Position numbers and translations under genes: made by a program. A stretch of 64,000 nt of DNA from the human T2T-CHM13v2.0 reference genome, Homo sapiens. Positions 1 to 14,618 of the stretch are shown here, one piece after another. Every line of letters starts with the position of its first letter. Positions within the stretch are counted from its first letter, which is position 1. The notes beneath the pieces are model-generated. The model ran no database searches. It was given only the letters and a program-made list of their open reading frames with translations, and was not told where the DNA came from. The stretch lies in the NCBI RefSeq assembly GCF_009914755.1, contig NC_060932.1; one strand, written 5' to 3'.

Positions 1-423
1 TTAAACAACCACCTTGTGTCTAGCAGAAGGCTTGCCACTGTGGTCCCTTCCAAATAAAAAGAAGACATATGTTCCTTTCTCATAAGGAGCCTACAGTCTA
101 GTTGGGGAAGCCATATAAGTATATGCAGAACAATAAAAAAGTGATAAAGTGCTGAACTATATATAGTGTTGGTTCTAGATGCAGGTGAAGTTGCATTTAG
201 AGGCTGGCACTATGCATGGAAGGTTCATGAATGGAGTGGGCTGGAAATGCTGGGTCCACTGGAGATCAAAACGCAGGCAATATAAAGTGTGCAAAGTTTC
301 CTATACTGTGATCAAGTTGGAAAAAAAAAAAGCTAAATGTAAGTCTCATAGGTTGAATTGTCTTTCCTTCTGGCTGTTTACCAGATTCTGTACAGGATTG
401 AGGGCTCACCAAAACTTTCACAG

Positions 424-935
424 CATGGTAGCCATCCTCCAAGATGGCTCTGGTGGGGACCTCTGCCTCCTGGCATTGACACGGTTGTGTTATTCTCTCT
501 CACATTGTGCCAGGGATGGTCTATATGACCAATTAGAATACGGCAGAAATATTGGTATGCCAGTTCTGAGATTAGGTTATAAAAGATACTGTGGCTTCCA
601 CAGAGATCTGAGTCTCTCTTTGTCTCTGTGCCACTCTGTCTTTCTCTCTTACACTGGGCAAAGCCAGATGCTATATGCAGCCCAATGGAAAGAAACCATA
701 TGGAGAGGCCCACATGGCATGGAACTGAGACTTCTACCTACAACCATGTGAGTGAGCTTGGAATTGAATCCTCCAGCCCCAGTCAAGCCTTCAGATGACT
801 GCAGTCCTGACCAATAGTTTGACTGCAACTTCATGAGAGACCTCAAATCAGAATCACCCAGATAAGCTGCTCCTGGGCTCCTGACCCACAGGAACAATGT
901 AAAGGAATATACATTTGTTGTTTCAAGCTGCTATC
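424..935 (+). mobile_element. MaLR LTR, MLT1F-like
   Basis: Characteristic blocks: ggtagccatcctccaagatggc start, tggagaggcccacatggc, ccagtcaagccttcagatgactgcag, cccagataagctgctcc, tgttgtttcaagctgcta. Subfamily is from memory. Confidence 0.75.
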
Positions 936-1928
936 ACTGAGCACTCTTCTTTTCTGGGCCAGCCCCAACTCTGTAGTCCAGTCTACAGCTCAGGCTGTGC
1001 TCTGTCTTCTTCAGGTTCAGTAGAATGATGACATCTGATTGCAACACTCTTCAACCTGGGGTCAAATTCATAGCAGCTCTTTCAAATTCAGGACTGCCAA
1101 AACTTCTCTCAGTAATCAGATCAGACTCTGCTGCCACAGTGGGTTTTCAGGAGTAGTCAGAGACTTCCCTGGCTGTGGGTACATCGCACAGCACCAATGT
1201 GTACTGTACAAGCATGAGTCTTCAGCCTGCTGATTGGACAGGAATGTGTAGTCTTCTATGTGGTTTGTGAAAACCACAAGCTGGAAAAAAAATCTGCTAA
1301 GGAATGAATGGCATCTCCACCTTCCCTGCAGTAGTGGACATGAGAACATGAGATGTTCATTCAGAGACCTTTCAGCGGCTTTTGCAGTTGCAAGAATGGT
1401 CTGAATCAGAAATTGTGAAGCTGCCCACAGACATTATGGTGAAATCCTGCCATTGGTGAAGCACTTGCTGAACACACAGTTTTCTTTTGGCCAAAGTTGA
1501 GAACCAGTGATGTTCTCAAAGTGACTGGGCTGTGTGACACTTTGAGAGGATGGCAAAGAAGCAGATTGGGAAACACTAGTGGACTGTTGGGGAGAGGAGA
1601 GCCATGGTTCTGTATCATGGACACTCTGACTTCATGGGAGCACAGTTGGCTTCTCTTCCCAGTATTCTCTGTTTTGGTGAGAGGCAAGACCATCACTTAG
1701 TTTTTTTAAAGACATGGGAAGGAATTGTTTTGGAGCCCTCACAAGTCTCCATCTCCTTATTATGTCATTGAGTCTTGTAGAGAACCTTCTATTTTTCCAA
1801 CCCTTCTCCTCTCCTCCATCCCTACTGCAATTGTTTAGTTTGGGCTTTCATCATTTCTTGCCTGGATTATCACAGTTGCTTTATACCTGAGAATCAGAGT
1901 TATCATTCCATGGCAAAGATCTGATAAG

Positions 1929-2919
1929 TGTTGCAGAAAGTCAGAGACCCCGAATGGAGGAACTGGCTGGAGCTGCAGCAGAGGAACATAAATTGTGAAG
2001 ATTTCATGGACATTTATCAGTTCCCAGATAATATTTTTATAATTTCTTATGCCTGTCTTTACTTTAATCTCTTAGTCATGTTATCTTCGTAAGCTGAGGA
2101 TGTACGTCACCTCAGGACCACTGTGATAATTGTGTTAACTGTACAAATTGATTGTAAAACATGTGTGTTCGAACAATATGAAATCAGTGCACCTTGAAAA
2201 AGAACAGAATAACATCGATTTTTAGGGAACAAGGGAAGACAACCATAAGGTCTGACTGCCTGCGGAGCCATATTTTTCTTCTTGCAGAGAGCCTATAAAC
2301 AGACATGCAAGTAGGAGAGATATCGCTAAATTCTTTTCCTAGCAAGGAATATTAATATTAATACCCTGGGGAAGGAATGCATTCCTGGGGGGAGGTCTAT
2401 AAACGGCCGCTCTGGGAATGTCTGTCCTATGCGGTTGAGCTAAGGACTGAAATACGCCCTGGTCTCCTGTGGTACCCTGAGGCTTACTAGGATTGGGAAA
2501 CTCCACCCTGGTAAATTTTTGGTCAGACTGGTTCTCTGCTCTCGAACCCTGTTTTCTGTTAAGATGTTTATCAAGACGATACGTGCACCGCTGAACATAG
2601 ACCTTTATCAGGAGTTCTGATTTTGCCCTTGCCCTGTTTCCTCAGAAGCATGTGATCTTTGTTCTGCTTTTTGCCCCTTGAAGGATGTGACCGACTCCCT
2701 GTTTGTACACCCCCTCCCCTTTTGAAACCCTTAATAAAAACCTGCTGGTTTTGCAGCTCAGGTGGGCATCATGGTCCTACCAATATGTGATGTCACCCCT
2801 GGTGGCCCAGCTGTAAAATTCCTCTCTTTGTACTCTTTCTCTTTATTTCTCAGCTGGCTGACACTTATGGAAAATAGAAAGAACCTACGTTGAAATATTG
2901 GGGGCAGGTTCCCCCAGTA
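1929..2919 (+). mobile_element. Solo LTR, MER11 family (HERV-K/HML-8)
   Basis: Begins tgttgcagaaagtcagagaccccgaa and ends gaaatattgggggcaggttcccccagta. Perfect 6-bp TSD GATAAG at 1923-1928 and 2920-2925. Internal AATAAA. Confidence 0.9.
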
Positions 2920-2956
2920 GATAAGGTAATACCTTTACTCAAAAACATTCAGCATG

Positions 2957-3304
<348 letters not shown>

Positions 3305-3813
3305 CTACTTCCATTACTGAAAAATCAAAATAGGGTTTACCCACATGGTGTAAAGACCCTGGCTTGAGTTCTGGTTCCACCACTGATTAAGTTCTCTAAG
3401 CCTCAGTGATCTCTTTAGTAAAATGAAATAATAGTGCTTGCCTGCTATAGAGATTGGCACATAGTAGGTGTGCCTCGAATAATTGTTGATTGAGTATATA
3501 TATTTTTTATAAACGTACGAATATCTCTTATATATGGTAGTGGTGTTAGAGAGAGTGTATGTATTAGATGACTCTCTTTCTTAATTGTAATGATATTACT
3601 GTTACTGGGCGTGTGTGTTTTAAGCAACAGTTATCAAACAACTTCTTATATAGTCTGACCTCTCTCTTTTCATCCACATTGAGGCGTGACAGTCATTCTT
3701 TAATTATGTCCTCAGGTGATTGGTCTTCTCTATATAAAATAGTGTTTTCTTTATGCTTCTAGTGAACTTTTGTTTTCCTGTTGTTATGCTTTATTTATTT
3801 ATTTTTCTTGTAG

Positions 3814-3837
3814 GTTTACCAAAATCCTTTTGAAAAA
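3814..3837 (+). other. Candidate 24-nt micro-exon (unverified)
   Basis: Long T-rich tract, then ttcttgtag|GTTTACCAAAATCCTTTTGAAAAA|gtaagc. Length is a multiple of 3; open as VYQNPFEK or FTKILLK. Confidence 0.3.
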
Positions 3838-4667
3838 GTAAGCCTATTCTTTCAGGTATTGTCAGACCTGTCAACCCCTCTCTTTTTCTCACAACACTTG
3901 TGAACACACTCTTCATGTCCTCATTACTTGATAGAAATATGGTGAGTCCATACCTACAGGTCACTTTCAGATATTCCACCACTGTATCAAAGCCCTCAAC
4001 AAAGAAGCCTTCTACATCCTTTCTCAGTCATTAGCCAAGCAAAAGCAATTGTCAATGCCTCAAGTAAGTAGTATCTCTCCTCTGATTCCAGAAACCCCAA
4101 GACCAAGAGAAAATGATTTATTTGGAAAGACACAGACCCACCTAAAACAATTAAATGTTATGTCTGCAAAATAGTAGAAAACATGAAGAAAAGAAATTAA
4201 ATGAATGTATGCAAGTTCCTGACACATGATAAGCATGAAGGACTCTATCTCCCCCTGTGCTTCCCTTTATATTCATGTCAGTTGATGTTTTCTGGTTGCA
4301 AACAACAAAAACCAATTATACCCCACTTAAGGAAAAGGGAATGAATTAGAGAGATTTTTATTAGGTCCCGTGCTGGAATGAGTGCTCGCTAAACTTTTTT
4401 GTGTATGTGTTTTGCTTCGTTTCACTCTATCTTCAAAGCTCCAGGAGAGGGAATCTGGCATTCTTAGTCTGGTCTGACTTGTGACAAGTGCCCAACCTGT
4501 AGGTGCCATTTGGAGTGGTGAATAGGTGGGTGGTCAAAGAATCAACCAATGTCCACTCCATGACACGTAAGAGACTTCCCAGCCTGACTTCCATCTGTGC
4601 CTCCTCCCTAGATGTGCTCCAGTCTCACAACACACTCTTTCCTACACTTAAGATGTTTGTTACTTTA

Positions 4668-5040
<373 letters not shown>

Positions 5041-5192
5041 AAGGTGCTATTCATCTTTCAAAACTCAAATGTCATCCCAAAGAAGACATGAAAATGGCCA
5101 ATAAGTGCGTGATAAGATGCTCAACATTACTAAGTAATAGGGAAATGAAAATCAAAACGAGATACCACTTCACACCTATTAGGATGGTTACT

Positions 5193-5353
5193 AGGAAGGA
5201 AGGGAGGAAGGGAGGAAGGAAAGAAGGAACGAAGGAAGGAAGGGAGAAAGAGAAGGAAGGAAACAAAGAAAGAAGGAAAGAAAGAAAGAGAAAGAAAGAG
5301 AAAGAGAAGGAGAAGGAAGGAAGGAAGGAAGGAAGGGAAAAAGAAAGAGAAAA
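5193..5353. repeat. GA-rich microsatellite (GGAA/GAAA)n inside L1
   Basis: About 160 bp of nearly pure purine at the L1 internal A-rich site preceding aaaataacaagtg. Confidence 0.95.
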
Positions 5354-5704
5354 TAACAAGTGCTGGTGAAGATGTGGAGAAATTGGAGCTCCTGTGCTCT
5401 GTTGGTGGGAATGTAAAACGGTGCAGCCACTGTGGAAAACTGTGGCAGTTACTAAAATAATAATAATGATAATGAAAAATAGAATTACCATATGATCAGC
5501 AAGTCCACTTCTGGATATATATCCAAAAGAAATGAAAGCAGGGTCTTGAAGATATATTTGTAGATCCATGTTCATAGCAACATCATTCACTATAGTCAAA
5601 AGGTGAAAGCAACCCAAGTGTTCATCAACAGAGGAATGGATAGGCAAAATGTGGTATATACAAACAATGAAATGTTATTGACCCTTAAAGAGAAAGAAAA
5701 TTCT

Positions 5705-5854
5705 GGCTGGGTGCAGTGGCTCATGCCTGTAAACCCAGTGCTTTCTGAGGCTAAGGCAGGAGGATCCCTTGAGCACAGGAGTTCAAGATTGCAGTGAGCT
5801 ATGATCACACCACTGCCTTCCAGCCTGGGGGTGACAGAATGAGACTCTCTAAAA
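5705..5854 (+). mobile_element. Monomeric Alu (FRAM-like or collapsed AluJ dimer)
   Basis: Single 150-bp arm with TSD aaaattct at 5697-5704 and 5855-5862. Confidence 0.85.
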
Positions 5855-6350
5855 AAAATTCTGACACATTTTTCTACATGGATGAACCTTGAGGACATTA
5901 TGCTAAGTGAAGTAAGTCAATTGCAAAAAGACAAATATTGTACGAGTCTGCTTATATGACGTACGTGGAGTAGTCAAATTAACAGAGACAGAAAGTAGAA
6001 GGGTGGTTGCCAGGAACTGGTGCAAGGGAGAAATAAGGAGTTATTGTTTAATGGGTACAGAGTTTCTGTTTTGCAAGATAAAAGAGTCCTGTGGATGGGT
6101 AGTGGTGATGGTTGCATAACACTGTGAATGTACTTAATGCCATTGAGCTGAATACTTATAAATGGTTAACATGGTAAATTTTGTTATGTATATTTTACCA
6201 CAATAATAATAATAAATGAATATCAAAAAATGCCCACCCAAATTTTATAAGCTACTTCCCCCACAAAATTAGGACCTACCCCTGTATATATGATATATTA
6301 TAAAATACCCTCTGATAATTTATTTTAAGGAAAATCAAAATTCAAATACA

Positions 6351-6660
6351 GGCCAGGCTCAGTGGCTCACTCATGTAATCCCAGCACTTTGGGAGGCTGA
6401 GGCGGGCAGATCACTTGAGATCAGGAGTTTGAGACCAGTCTGGTCAACATGGTGAAACCACATCTCTACTAAAAATATAAAAATTAGCTGGGTGTGGTAG
6501 TGTGCATCTGTAATCCCAGCTACTTGGGAGGCTGACATGGAAGAATCGCTTGAACTTGGGAGTCAGAGTTTGCGGTGAGCCAAGATTGCATCACTGCACT
6601 CTAGCCTGGGCGACAGAGCAAGAGTCTATCTCAAATTAGAAAAAAAAGAAAAAAGAAGAA
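6351..6660 (+). mobile_element. Alu (AluS)
   Basis: Full dimer with aacatggtgaaacc and tactaaaaata linker; A-rich tail. Confidence 0.93.
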
Positions 6661-6759
6661 AAATTAAAATAAAGACTATTACTTAGAAACAGAAAACAAA
6701 CCCCTCAAGTGTCATCGCTTCTGTGCACTCTTCCCAGAACAGTGACCCTCTGATTGGAG

Positions 6760-6880
6760 AGTGGTGCTCAAAATTTTGTGTAAATGAGAATTATGTGAGA
6801 AATTTGTTAAAATACATCTTCCTGGGGGCCTTCCTCCCTGGGATTCTGATTTGGAAGATTTGGAGGCCTGAGAGTCTACA
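6760..6880. mobile_element. MER5-like hAT-Charlie fossil
   Basis: agtggtgctcaaa ... ttgttaaaatacatcttcctggg ... gattctgattt. Confidence 0.55.
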
Positions 6881-8195
6881 TAAAAACGTAGATTAAAGAC
6901 AAGTTAAAAAGTCTGAATCTGCTTCCTGTGGTCTGTGCACAGCCAAGAGAGTTCTTCTGCTCTGTACTAGTGGCTCATTCAACATGTCTCCATTATGGCC
7001 CTTACCCTGTCCTGTTCCCTCCGTTCCCGCCTCTGCCTCCTTACCCCGACAGAGGTTCCACCCCCGGTGCCTGGTATCCTCGGTACCTAGCACCGTGCCC
7101 GACACGTAACAGACACTTTTCATGTATGCTTATTTAATTACTCTCTCAAGCAGTGTTTGCAATTGTCAATAATCAAAAGACACTTGTAAAGCATCATATT
7201 TTAAAATAGATTATCACTGACATGGGAGTCAGCCAGGACATCCCCACTCCTAACCTCAACCAGCCTCATGGGTGCAGGAGACGATGGCAGACCCTGCAGG
7301 GTGAGGGTAGGTGGTGATTATGGGAGTTCTGGAGTGAGAAGAAGATGAAGTTTATCAATAGACATAACCAACATCCTGAAATATACCAAGAGAGAGAAAA
7401 AAGGAGCCGGAAGATGACTGTTTTTGGCCAGGAAATCCCCAGAAAGGAGCCCTGGCTTTTCTGCCTGCTTCAAACTAGCTACTTAAGAGAAGTGTGCCCT
7501 GCCAGAGAGTCAGGAAGACAGGCTCAAGCAGAGCCGCCAGCCTGGGGGACTGCCAGCGCCCGCTGTCGGGCCCCTCCACCAAGCACAGGGGCTTTTTTGT
7601 GAGGAAACGAGAACAACGAATAATCCCAGTTGGCAGGGCACCCCCAGAGGAAGTCAAGAGGCTTGGCTTGCAGTCGCCTTCACTTCCCATATGCCGGTGT
7701 GTTTGTTGGCATCGCACTCTTGTTAATTAAAGGAAGTGTGTGTGTCTTGGGCGCTGGTACCCTGGCCCCATACATCATTCTTTCCAGGGGTCTTCACCAC
7801 AGTGCTGCCGCCAGTGGAATCAATTAGGCTCCCTCCCAAAAGTCAGGCTGATTTCCAAGCCCGGAGGTAAAACAAATTCCCCTGCTGCTGGAGCCTGGGG
7901 CTCACATGGCAGCCTCACGTCCCACCCAGGCCCAGGAGCTCCAGGGGCCTGATCTGAGGGACAATCATTAAAACAGATAGAAAAAATAACTAATCGGGGT
8001 AACTCACTATCCTGAGAGATCCAGGGTCTGCGGGGAATCTGCTTGTTTCAGACTGGAGTCTCTCATAATCCATCACAATCCTGCTATACTGTTTAATTTT
8101 ATTTGGGCCTGGCCTTATAAACAATTTTTTGTGAAGCCAGAGGAAAGGTGCCCCAAGCAGAAGTGAGCAGGCTTCCCTAGGAGTCAGTAAAAGTT

Positions 8196-8476
8196 TTCTT
8201 TTTTCTTTTTTTTTCGAGACAAGAGTTGCTCTGTCGCCTAGGCTGGAGTGCAGTGGCGCGATCTGGCTCACTGCAACCTTCACCTCCCAGGTTCAAATGA
8301 TTCTCCTGCCTCAGCCACCTGAGTAGCCGGGATTACAGGCATGCCCCACCACGCTCCACTAATTTTTGTATTTTTAGTAGAGACAGCGTTTCACCTTGTT
8401 GGCTAGGCTGGTCTCAAACTCCTGGCCTCAACAGATCCAGTGCTGGGATTATAGATGCGAGCTACCACACCCAGCC
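8196..8476 (-). mobile_element. Alu (AluS), with small left-arm deletion
   Basis: Antisense dimer. TSD cctagga(g/a)tca(g/t)taaaagtt at 8176-8195 and 8478-8497. Confidence 0.93.
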
Positions 8477-8505
8477 TCCTAGGAATCATTAAAAGTTATA
8501 CCTGA

Positions 8506-8791
8506 GGCTGGGCGCAGTGGCTCATGCCTATAATCCAGCACTTTGGGAGGCCGAGGCAGGCGGATCACCTGAGGTCGGGAGTTCGAAACCAGCCTGACCA
8601 ACATGGAGAAACCCTATCTCTACTAAAAATACAAAATTAGCCAGGTGTGGTGGTGCATGCCTGTAATCTCAGCTACTTGGGAGGCTGAGGTGGGAGTATC
8701 TCTTCAACCCGGGAGGTGGAGGTTGTGGTGAGCCGAGATCACGCCATTGCACTCCAGCCTGGGCAACAAGAGTGAAACTCATCTCAAAAAA
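8506..8791 (+). mobile_element. Alu (AluSp)
   Basis: Diagnostic gaggtcgggagttcg...cctgaccaacatggagaaaccc and ggcaacaagag. TSD aaaagtta(t/c)acctga at 8491-8505 and 8792-8806. Confidence 0.95.
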
Positions 8792-9068
8792 AAAAGTTAC
8801 ACCTGAAGTATAACAGTCTTCATTAAAATGCCACCCAGGAGCTTCCAACAGTCCAGCCCACTCTCCAAGCCATTCACCCAAGAGCCAAGATAGAGAATGG
8901 ACCCATATGGGCCATGTTTGAGGAAACCCAGGGCTGATGGGCTGCTCCAGACAGGCTCTGGGTGTTCTTGAAGGGTGTTGAAAGGACACACACTCAGTCC
9001 TTTCTCAGTTCTCAGGCATCATCATGGGGAAGGCTGGCAGACCAGCAAGATGCCTTGGGCACTCAGAC

Positions 9069-10632
9069 TCTTACTGAACTGGGCTCTGCTTGCTGGTGCA
9101 ATAAGAACAGATATCCACATTGAGGTTTGCAGGGGAAGAAAGGAAGGTATTTATTTGCAGCGACCGAAGCAAGGAGGACCAGGCAGCCAACCCCGAAATC
9201 TGACCTCCTCAATGGCTCATGGGTAAGGGTTTTTAAAGGCAAGCATAAATTTCAGGAAATTAGAAGTTACTGGCAAAATCATAAAGCAATACCTGGAGGT
9301 TACACATTGGTTTTGGCTTAAAAGGGTGGGATATCTTGAAACGGGGGCTTATAGGCCATAGGTAGATTCAAAGATTTTTCTGATTAGCAATTGGTTAAGG
9401 AAAAGAAGCTTTATTTTAAAATTTGGGCTCAGCAGAACAGAATGTTAGCTCCAGCTGATGGGTGTGGCCCCCCCCCCAAGGCCCCTCGGAAAGAAAGTTA
9501 GAACAAAGAACCATGGTCTGACTCCAATCTTCAGTGCCCCCTTATCTGAGGTCTACATAATGGCAGATCTATTGGGCAGAGGTCCAGGTTTCTGAAACAC
9601 AACTCAGAAATGTATGTTAAGATGTTTTGTTTATCACTGATCCTTAGAGAAATGCAAATCAAAACACAGTGAGATACCATCTCACGCCAGTCAGAATGGC
9701 GATTATTAAAAAGTCAAGAAACAACAGTTGCTGGTGAGGCTGTAGAGAGATAGGAACGCTTTTACACCATTGGTGGGAATGTAAATCAACCATTGTGGAA
9801 GACGGTGTGGCTATTCCTCAAAGACCTAGAACCTGAAATACCATTTGACCCAGCAATCTCATTACTAGGATATACCCAAAGGAATATAAATCATTCTGTT
9901 ATAAAGATACATGCACGTGTATGTTCATTGCAGCACTATTCACAATAGCAAAGACATGGAATCAACCCAAACGCCCATCGATCATAGATTGGATAAAGAA
10001 AATGTGGTACACCTACACCATGGAATACTATGCAGCCATAAAAGGAATGAAATCATGTCCTTTGCAGGGACATGGATGGAGTTGGAAGCCATTATCCTCA
10101 GCAAACTGATACAGGAACAGAAAACCAAACACCACATGTTCTCACTTACATGTGGGAGCGGAACAATGTGAACACATAGACAAAAGGAGGGGAACAACAC
10201 ACACTGGGGCCTGTCAGGGTTGTTGAGGGGAGGGAGAGCATCAGGAAAAATAGCTAATGCATGTGGGGCTTAAAACCTAGGTGATGGGTTCATAAGTGCA
10301 GCAAATCACCATGGTACATGTTTACCTGTGTAACAAACATGCACATCCTGCACATGTACCCCAGAACGTAAAATAAAATTAAATTTAAAAAAAAGAAAAA
10401 AAGATGTTATGTTTAGTTTCTACAGGGGAACCAAATATCCTACAATTCTAGCTTCATTGCTATTGTTTTAGGCTACTATTACCTTCTTGCTTAGCATACT
10501 GCTCATTTACTTCTCAGGACTAGTTCGGTGTCTGGAATTTTCCTTGAAGAAACTTAAGACTTTCTTTTATTTCCATGCTTGGGGGTGGTGGAGGCATGCA
10601 GGCCACTAAGAGTGGGGGTCCCTGCTGTCTCA
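9069..10632 (-). mobile_element. ERV1 MER4-group LTR (MER31/MER67-like), split by an L1PA
   Basis: atccacattgaggtttgcag, gggtttttaaaggc, ggtagattcaaagattttt; resumes after 10415 and ends gggggtccctgctgtctca. Confidence 0.6.
9634..10400 (+). mobile_element. 5'-truncated L1PA (about L1PA12/13) 3' end
   Basis: ORF2 C-terminus (MFIAALFTIAKTWNQPKRPS at 9921) plus 3'UTR and A-tail. 15-bp TSD aagatgtt(t/a)tgttta at 9619-9633 and 10401-10415. Confidence 0.93.
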
Positions 10633-10803
10633 ATAGGAGACCAGCCCTCAGAGAGTTCATTGGGGCTCAGCACAGTGTGGGCTCTGGCAGATCCTGGAGC
10701 TCCATCCTTCCTGAGCCCATGCTCACTGCTCTCATTATGTCCTGATATTCAGAGTCATTACAGAAAAGGCTCACGGACCACCCCACGAACCACACACATT
10801 TAA

Positions 10804-11145
<342 letters not shown>

Positions 11146-11636
11146 TAGTTGTCGCCCATTTAGAGATGAGAGAAGTAAGGCAGACAAAGGGGGTTGAGTC
11201 AGAATTAAACCCCTCTTCTTTGGACTCCGAACCCAGAATTCTTTCTGCTAAATCACTCTCGCTGGACTTCCTGCTCCAGTTGACTCATTTGCCTCAAGCT
11301 GCTTTGGACTTGGTGTGCTTTAATTTCCAAGAGTATTTCAAATTTCCTTCTTTTCCTCTACCAGTAATCTTAACACTGGCGGGATTGCTAATAACAGCAA
11401 TGGAATGAATAGCAGGGCCCACTAGGGGAGATTACTGAGAAGAAGGTCGCCCCTAAAATTATGCTACAAAAGCAAGTTACTTTGAGTCACTCCAACCCTG
11501 AAGGAGAGAAAATTATGTCAAAAACCTGTCAGCCCTGAGGTGGTTTTTAGCTCCTATGATGGTTTTACGTGAAAAGGTTTGACTCTTACTTTTAATTGGC
11601 CTTTGCAGCCATAGCACAAAATCAGCTAAAAAGTTA

Positions 11637-11949
<313 letters not shown>

Positions 11950-12959
11950 CGGACACGTATATCATTACCAGTTACAAAGGAAACGTAGAAACTGTAGGGG
12001 TCCAAAATCCCAGCCTGGAGATTCTTTCCAGAGGTTCTACATGTTGGAGCGTCTGTGGGTAAATACGTGACAAGACTCTCTGCCCCAGGGCTGGGTAGGA
12101 TTCCTGGAAATGAGGTACACCGCAGGACTGCTGAAGCAGTGGGGTCAGCTGGGACCTTGTGCTCTCAGCCAGCAGAACTTGAGAAGGATTGGAGGGAAAT
12201 ACTGCGCAGCCCATCCTGGCTGAATACTTTCCTCTCCTGGAGGCTTTCGGAGCTAGGCTCCCATTAGCAGGAGAGTATGAACCACCAACAAGGGGCTGTG
12301 AGGTTTGCCACCGTATAATGAGTTTGGGTGGAGCACTTTGGCCACCTGAGGAAGCAGGGTTTGGAAACTGGTGTTCTGTTTGCCAGCCCTCCTCAAATAC
12401 AGCCATTGTGCTGGAGAACCAAATGAAAGCCCTGGTAGTGCTAGCTTCAAGGACCACACTGCTTCTTTGACAGAGCCAAGCCCTGCACCCCTGTGGCTTG
12501 GATGAGTTCCCTTTGACCACCAAGGAAGAGGAGGAAGAGGAGTGCGCAGTCCTCGTGCAGCAGGTTCCTAGCATCTGACAAAAGTCTTGGATCTGGGGTG
12601 GAGAACTAGACAGACACTGGAAACAGAATCTTTTTCTTTTTTTAAAAAAGAGCATCTTGTACCAAGTTGTTCCAAGTTCACAAAAATCTCCCAAGCTCCC
12701 AACATGGAGTGACTGTTAGAGGAGTTTGTTGTACATGATTCAGAGCCACATGGATTAAATTTCTCTTAAAATATACATCAATTTGAAAATTAAAGGGGAA
12801 AGCGCCTGAGACGAGACATGTTTGGATTTCTGTCAAACTCAGGGCCTTTGGAAAGCAGCTCAGAAGCCAGGATGTGGCTTCTCAGGGCTCTGCCTGTCCT
12901 CTGCCTCTTTCCTTTGTGTGTTCCATGCTCAGGTCATCCTCCAGCTCTGCAGGGCTGCA

Positions 12960-13405
12960 CTGGCTTTGGCTGTGTCAAATCCTGGAGCTAAGAACCAATT
13001 TTATGTTAATTTCTTGGCTTGGGGTTCCCTTCTGATGCAGTTAGTAGATATTTGGACTCTAAACTTGGGCCAAGCACATGGCTGGGGTTTTGATTTTTCA
13101 CAGGGGTCTGTTCTTCCCCCCAGCTGGAGCCAGGGTAGAGATGAGCTTCCTTAATATCTTTCTGGATTGATGGTTGGCTTTTCTCAGAGCATCTGGGTTT
13201 TATGTAGGGGACTCAGTTCCAACCAGTCACTTTATCCAGGCATGAGGCCTCATCTCCTGTCCCTGCGTGGGTGTTAAAAGCCAAGCCTTTGGCCATAACT
13301 GGACCTGATTGTCTCCCCACGACCACTGTTTTCAGCTCTCAGCTTCCTCTTCACTTCAGCATCTGGGGACTTCCTTTTCTACCTTACAAGCTCATCCATG
13401 CGTTA
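12960..13405 (-). mobile_element. Ancient L1ME/HAL1-type 5' region (continues about 14620-14710)
   Basis: accaattttatgttaatttcttggcttggggttccc, ctcagttccaac, gtgttaaaagccaagcc. The motif tccatgc recurs on both sides of the inserted L1MB. Confidence 0.5.
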
Positions 13406-13409
13406 TTTG

Positions 13410-14618
<1,209 letters not shown>

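Larger units (their letters stand above)
5073..6215 (+). mobile_element. L1 3' end (L1MB-type), interrupted by a GA microsatellite and an Alu monomer
   Basis: ORF2 C-terminal and 3'UTR motifs: gataccacttcacacctattaggatgg, catggatgaaccttgaggacattatgctaagtga, tgtttaatgggtacagagtttc, gtatattttaccacaataa. Confidence 0.88.

Noticed and set aside
179-751. 190-aa ORF at the window start
   Set aside because: Runs through a poly-A run and an MLT1 LTR; not protein-like.
9921-10109. ORF with clear protein homology (MFIAALFTIAKTWNQPK...)
   Set aside because: It is the L1 ORF2 C-terminus of a truncated L1PA, not a host gene.
11972-12694. 240-aa minus-strand ORF in non-repetitive DNA
   Set aside because: Non-ATG start, no recognisable domain, no convincing exon structure; compatible with chance.
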